Shown here one piece after another: positions 60,981-64,000 of a DNA stretch of 64,000 bases (positions are counted from its first letter, which is position 1; the number at the start of each line of letters is the position of its first letter). The notes under the pieces were generated by a model. It was not told where the DNA came from, made no database searches, and worked only from the letters and a program-made list of their open reading frames with translations. Source of the DNA: Callorhinchus milii (lineage: Eukaryota); assembly GCF_018977255.1 (NCBI RefSeq), contig NW_024704742.1:51462001-51526000 (forward strand). Direction: 5' to 3'. Both the position numbers and the translations under genes were made by a program.

Positions 60981-62554
60981 CAAAGCCAATTCGGGGGTCC
61001 ATTACCCGTTCGTTGCAAAAAAATCTCAATTGTTTATTATTCTATTTTAAAGCAAGTGATGGAAAGATCCCTGCTGCCAAAAGTAGATCCCAGGGATTCT
61101 GTGAGTTGTCAGTGATGTTCTGCCAATTACCAGTGGGATTCCATGCTAATGATTCTGAGCCACTGCTTTTCAAACCCAGTGACTTCCATTTTGCGATTGC
61201 GCCTTTCTTTCTTGTGCTTTCTCCTTTCGGACCATTTCTCTCTCAAGACAAAGCCTGAAATGTCCAAAAAGAAAAATCAGGTAGAAAAACACCAACTGTA
61301 AAATGGCCTTTGCTGGCTTTTGTGATTAAGAAACCCCCTCAAATTTTTAAATTACATTTTGTAGCGAATTTAATTCACAAATTGGAAGCCACTAGGAGTG
61401 CAGTGACTTATGGTTATAGTTTGTGCATCACTCTGATGCAATACACGATACAATTTTTTCCCTAAAGATGCTGTGGCTAAATTTGAACAGTGTCACCCAA
61501 AAGTGCTGTGCAACTTGAACTCAAAATAGGGCAAGGCATTGGGGTGGATCAGGGACTCTTGATCTGTATACACATGAATAACATGGATTCACAGATTCGC
61601 CCATTGCATTTACAGATAGTATTAATAATAGCAATAATAATCCTTACATTTGATATAGTTCCTTTTAATTAGGGGACACCACAAAGCTCTTCACAGGATA
61701 TGTTGTAAAGCAAAGTTAATGTGTGTTCTGTGGGCAAGTATGGCAGCCAACTTGCACGCAGAACAAGACAGAAATATGAGTTCATCTGACTAACTGTTTG
61801 ATGAGTGGCCTAGGTGGTAAGTTACTACCTCGGAATAAGAACAAAGGCAATGCTGAGCATCACCAGTAAATATGGTCTCTTTGTGTACATTTACTGCAGA
61901 GGATGATGTACCATCCCAGCAGATGGTGTCCTGCCTGTTATCTGTGTATTTAGTGCTGAAGGAGAGTTTGTTGTAACTGATCTATTTCTTTTAGGGGAGC
62001 ACTTAAAGAGTGGTTAGAGTTGGAAATCAGTTTAGAAAAAGACTTGACAAGTTTACAAGTTTAGTTTTGGAACCACAGTTTTGTACATCAGCAGAAATGT
62101 GAAGTTTATTGTTACCCTTCCAATGTAAAGTGTGTTTGTTTAACTTTTGATATTACTTTTTAGTTTATACACTGTTTCAAAGAGTTATGTGTCTAAGTCG
62201 GGAAGGAAATGGTTTGTATTACCATTTTCCTGTATGAATTACAATGAAATGATTTGTTGATGAATATATCTGGTGTTCTCAATTACTGTGGGTTCTGTCA
62301 TTTTTAAAAAAAAATTCTTTCCTACACAGGCTTTCTATCAATGACTGAATTAAAAGTAAATGTAGGTATCCTTTCCTTACAGACTCCGACACCTGAAGCA
62401 ATAGTCACCTGTAAATCACTGGATAGGCACTGGTCAAAAACAATACTTCACTTTCAATAAGTGCATTTATTGAGACAATCAAAAATATCAGCTAGTTCCC
62501 TCCAATAACACAGCAATCTTTTTCCCATGAACTGAGATATGCAGACAAAGAGAG

Positions 62555-62810
62555 TTTTAGGTTTGATTTCCCCATAATGCAAAGACAACTGAACTTACTC
62601 AGGGTGGCATTAGGGTTCACTGCAGTGGACCTCAATGTCCCAGATTAGTGTTTATGGATACCTCCCCAGCTCAGCGTCAGGCACTGCCACTGTTAAGCCG
62701 TCAGAGATTCTGCCCTGTGTTAAATGCGCCATATAAATGCAATTTTAGTTTGGAGAGGATAATCAGTGATCCTGCTCCTGATTGCTATCCAGCAACTTGT
62801 AGAGGTTCAG
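62555..62810 (+). mobile_element. LF-SINE-like relic with a small L2-tail insert
   Basis: ggtttgatttccc...ctcagggtggca.taggg...tggacctcaatgtccc...tcctgctcctgattgctatccag. Confidence 0.55.
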
Positions 62811-62841
62811 GATTCAGCTCAGCTGCAATAGTCTCCTTTGA

Positions 62842-63200
62842 TAGGGTTTGCAATCCCATATGGTAATGATGCTCCCAAAATCCCGGGATTCATTGAAAAG
62901 AATCCCAGGATTTCAGGATTGTGCAAAGACCAAGCCCGGGTGGAAGGGAAGGGTGTGTCTTTCTGCTCTGCTGGAAGCGGGCCACACATTGCTGTGAGGA
63001 TGAGCTGGTGGGACTGGACGGGCAGGTGTTCAAATCTCTGGGCTCCCTCCCCGCAGAGGGACGTTCTCTCTGAGGTACCTTGCTGCTGCGGAGAACAACC
63101 GTGGGCATCCTGAACGAAGTAAGATTTGGGATCTCATAATTTGGGGCATTAAAATCCCTAAATCTCAGGATTCCCAAACAGTACTGGGAATGTAACCCCA
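62842..63200. mobile_element. Non-autonomous DNA transposon (hAT-like MITE)
   Basis: Imperfect TIRs tagggtttgcaatccca / tgggaatgtaacccca and subterminal atccc/gggat repeats at both ends. No TSD visible. Confidence 0.5.
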
Positions 63201-63379
63201 AACTGGATAGCCTGCCAATATCTCCTTTCCAGCCTTATACTTCAAGAACGACCAATTGAGTGAGGTATTGATGAACAGCACCAATGTTATAAAGAAGAGT
63301 CAAGCATCTTCACAAGCTGTACAGCATCCAGAAACAGCTGCAGAGTTCTCGATCATGCACCCCGATTCTCGATTGGCTC

Positions 63380-63680
63380 CACCTACTCCCCATCTTCTGG
63401 TGGATTGAATTCCAGATCCTCATCCTCACGTTCCAATCCCTCACCCAGCTTATCTCGGAAATTTCCTGCAAACCTACCTGTCTGCTCCTTCTACTCAGCT
63501 CATATCAGCCTGTTACATGTCCCTGGTTTGATTTGCCCCATGATTGGTGGACAAGCTTTCAACCATTCTGACCCACTCTCTGGAACTCCATCCTGGAGCC
63601 CCTCCACCTTTTCCCTTTCCCCCACCTTTAAAACCTATCTAAAGACCCATCTTTTCGACCACACTTGTTGGGTGACCCGG
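63380..63680 (+). mobile_element. L2 3' fragment
   Basis: ttggctccacc...ctctggaactcc...tttaaaacctatctaaagacccatcttttcgacc, similar to 45100-45400. Confidence 0.75.
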
Positions 63681-64000
63681 ATCCCACACTCAGGTTTGAC
63701 GAAGATTAAGGAAGCTGCTCATTTGGTTTTCCTTCCCTGTGTGGAGAGCGTGGTCTTGTATGAGTCCCAGAGACTAACACCTCATTGAAGCGTTGCCGGT
63801 GTGCTGTTTTCCAGGTGGCAGAGAGGCCTTCCCAGTATATTACTTGCATTTATATGGCACCTTAGAGATAAAACTATAACGCCTTGGAAGGCAATTTACA
63901 AAATATAATAAAATCATTGGAAGTGAATGGTGTTATATAGACGGTTAATCTGCAATATGCAAAACAATGAGATGAGCGGCCAGTGAATTTGATTGTATTG

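Overview
AT-rich vertebrate genomic DNA. The retroposon content (SacSINE1/DeuSINE-type SINEs, tRNA-Ala-headed SINEs with an L2 tail, CR1, L2, LF-SINE-like relics) points to a cartilaginous fish, possibly a holocephalan; this is inference. The first 8 kb holds the last eight coding exons of SPATA18/Mieap (mitochondria-eating protein) on the + strand: 635-769, 1473-1683, 2849-3007, 3416-3591, 4553-4676, 5500-5574, 6955-7003, 7982-7989 (stop). All introns are GT-AG and phase-consistent. I recognise no other gene in the remaining ~55 kb, which is a mosaic of SINEs, L2/CR1 fragments, fold-back MITE-like elements, an unclassified ~600-bp repeat family and repeat-free islands that may be regulatory. 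I found no convincing new multi-gene system. The best leads are a modular SINE lineage with two sibling subfamilies, an inverted SINE pair bracketing five SPATA18 exons, two local inverted duplications, templated insertions at retroposon junctions, and a degenerate Penelope-type hammerhead ribozyme remnant. Repeat boundaries are by eye and approximate, and family names come from remembered consensus sequences, not database searches.
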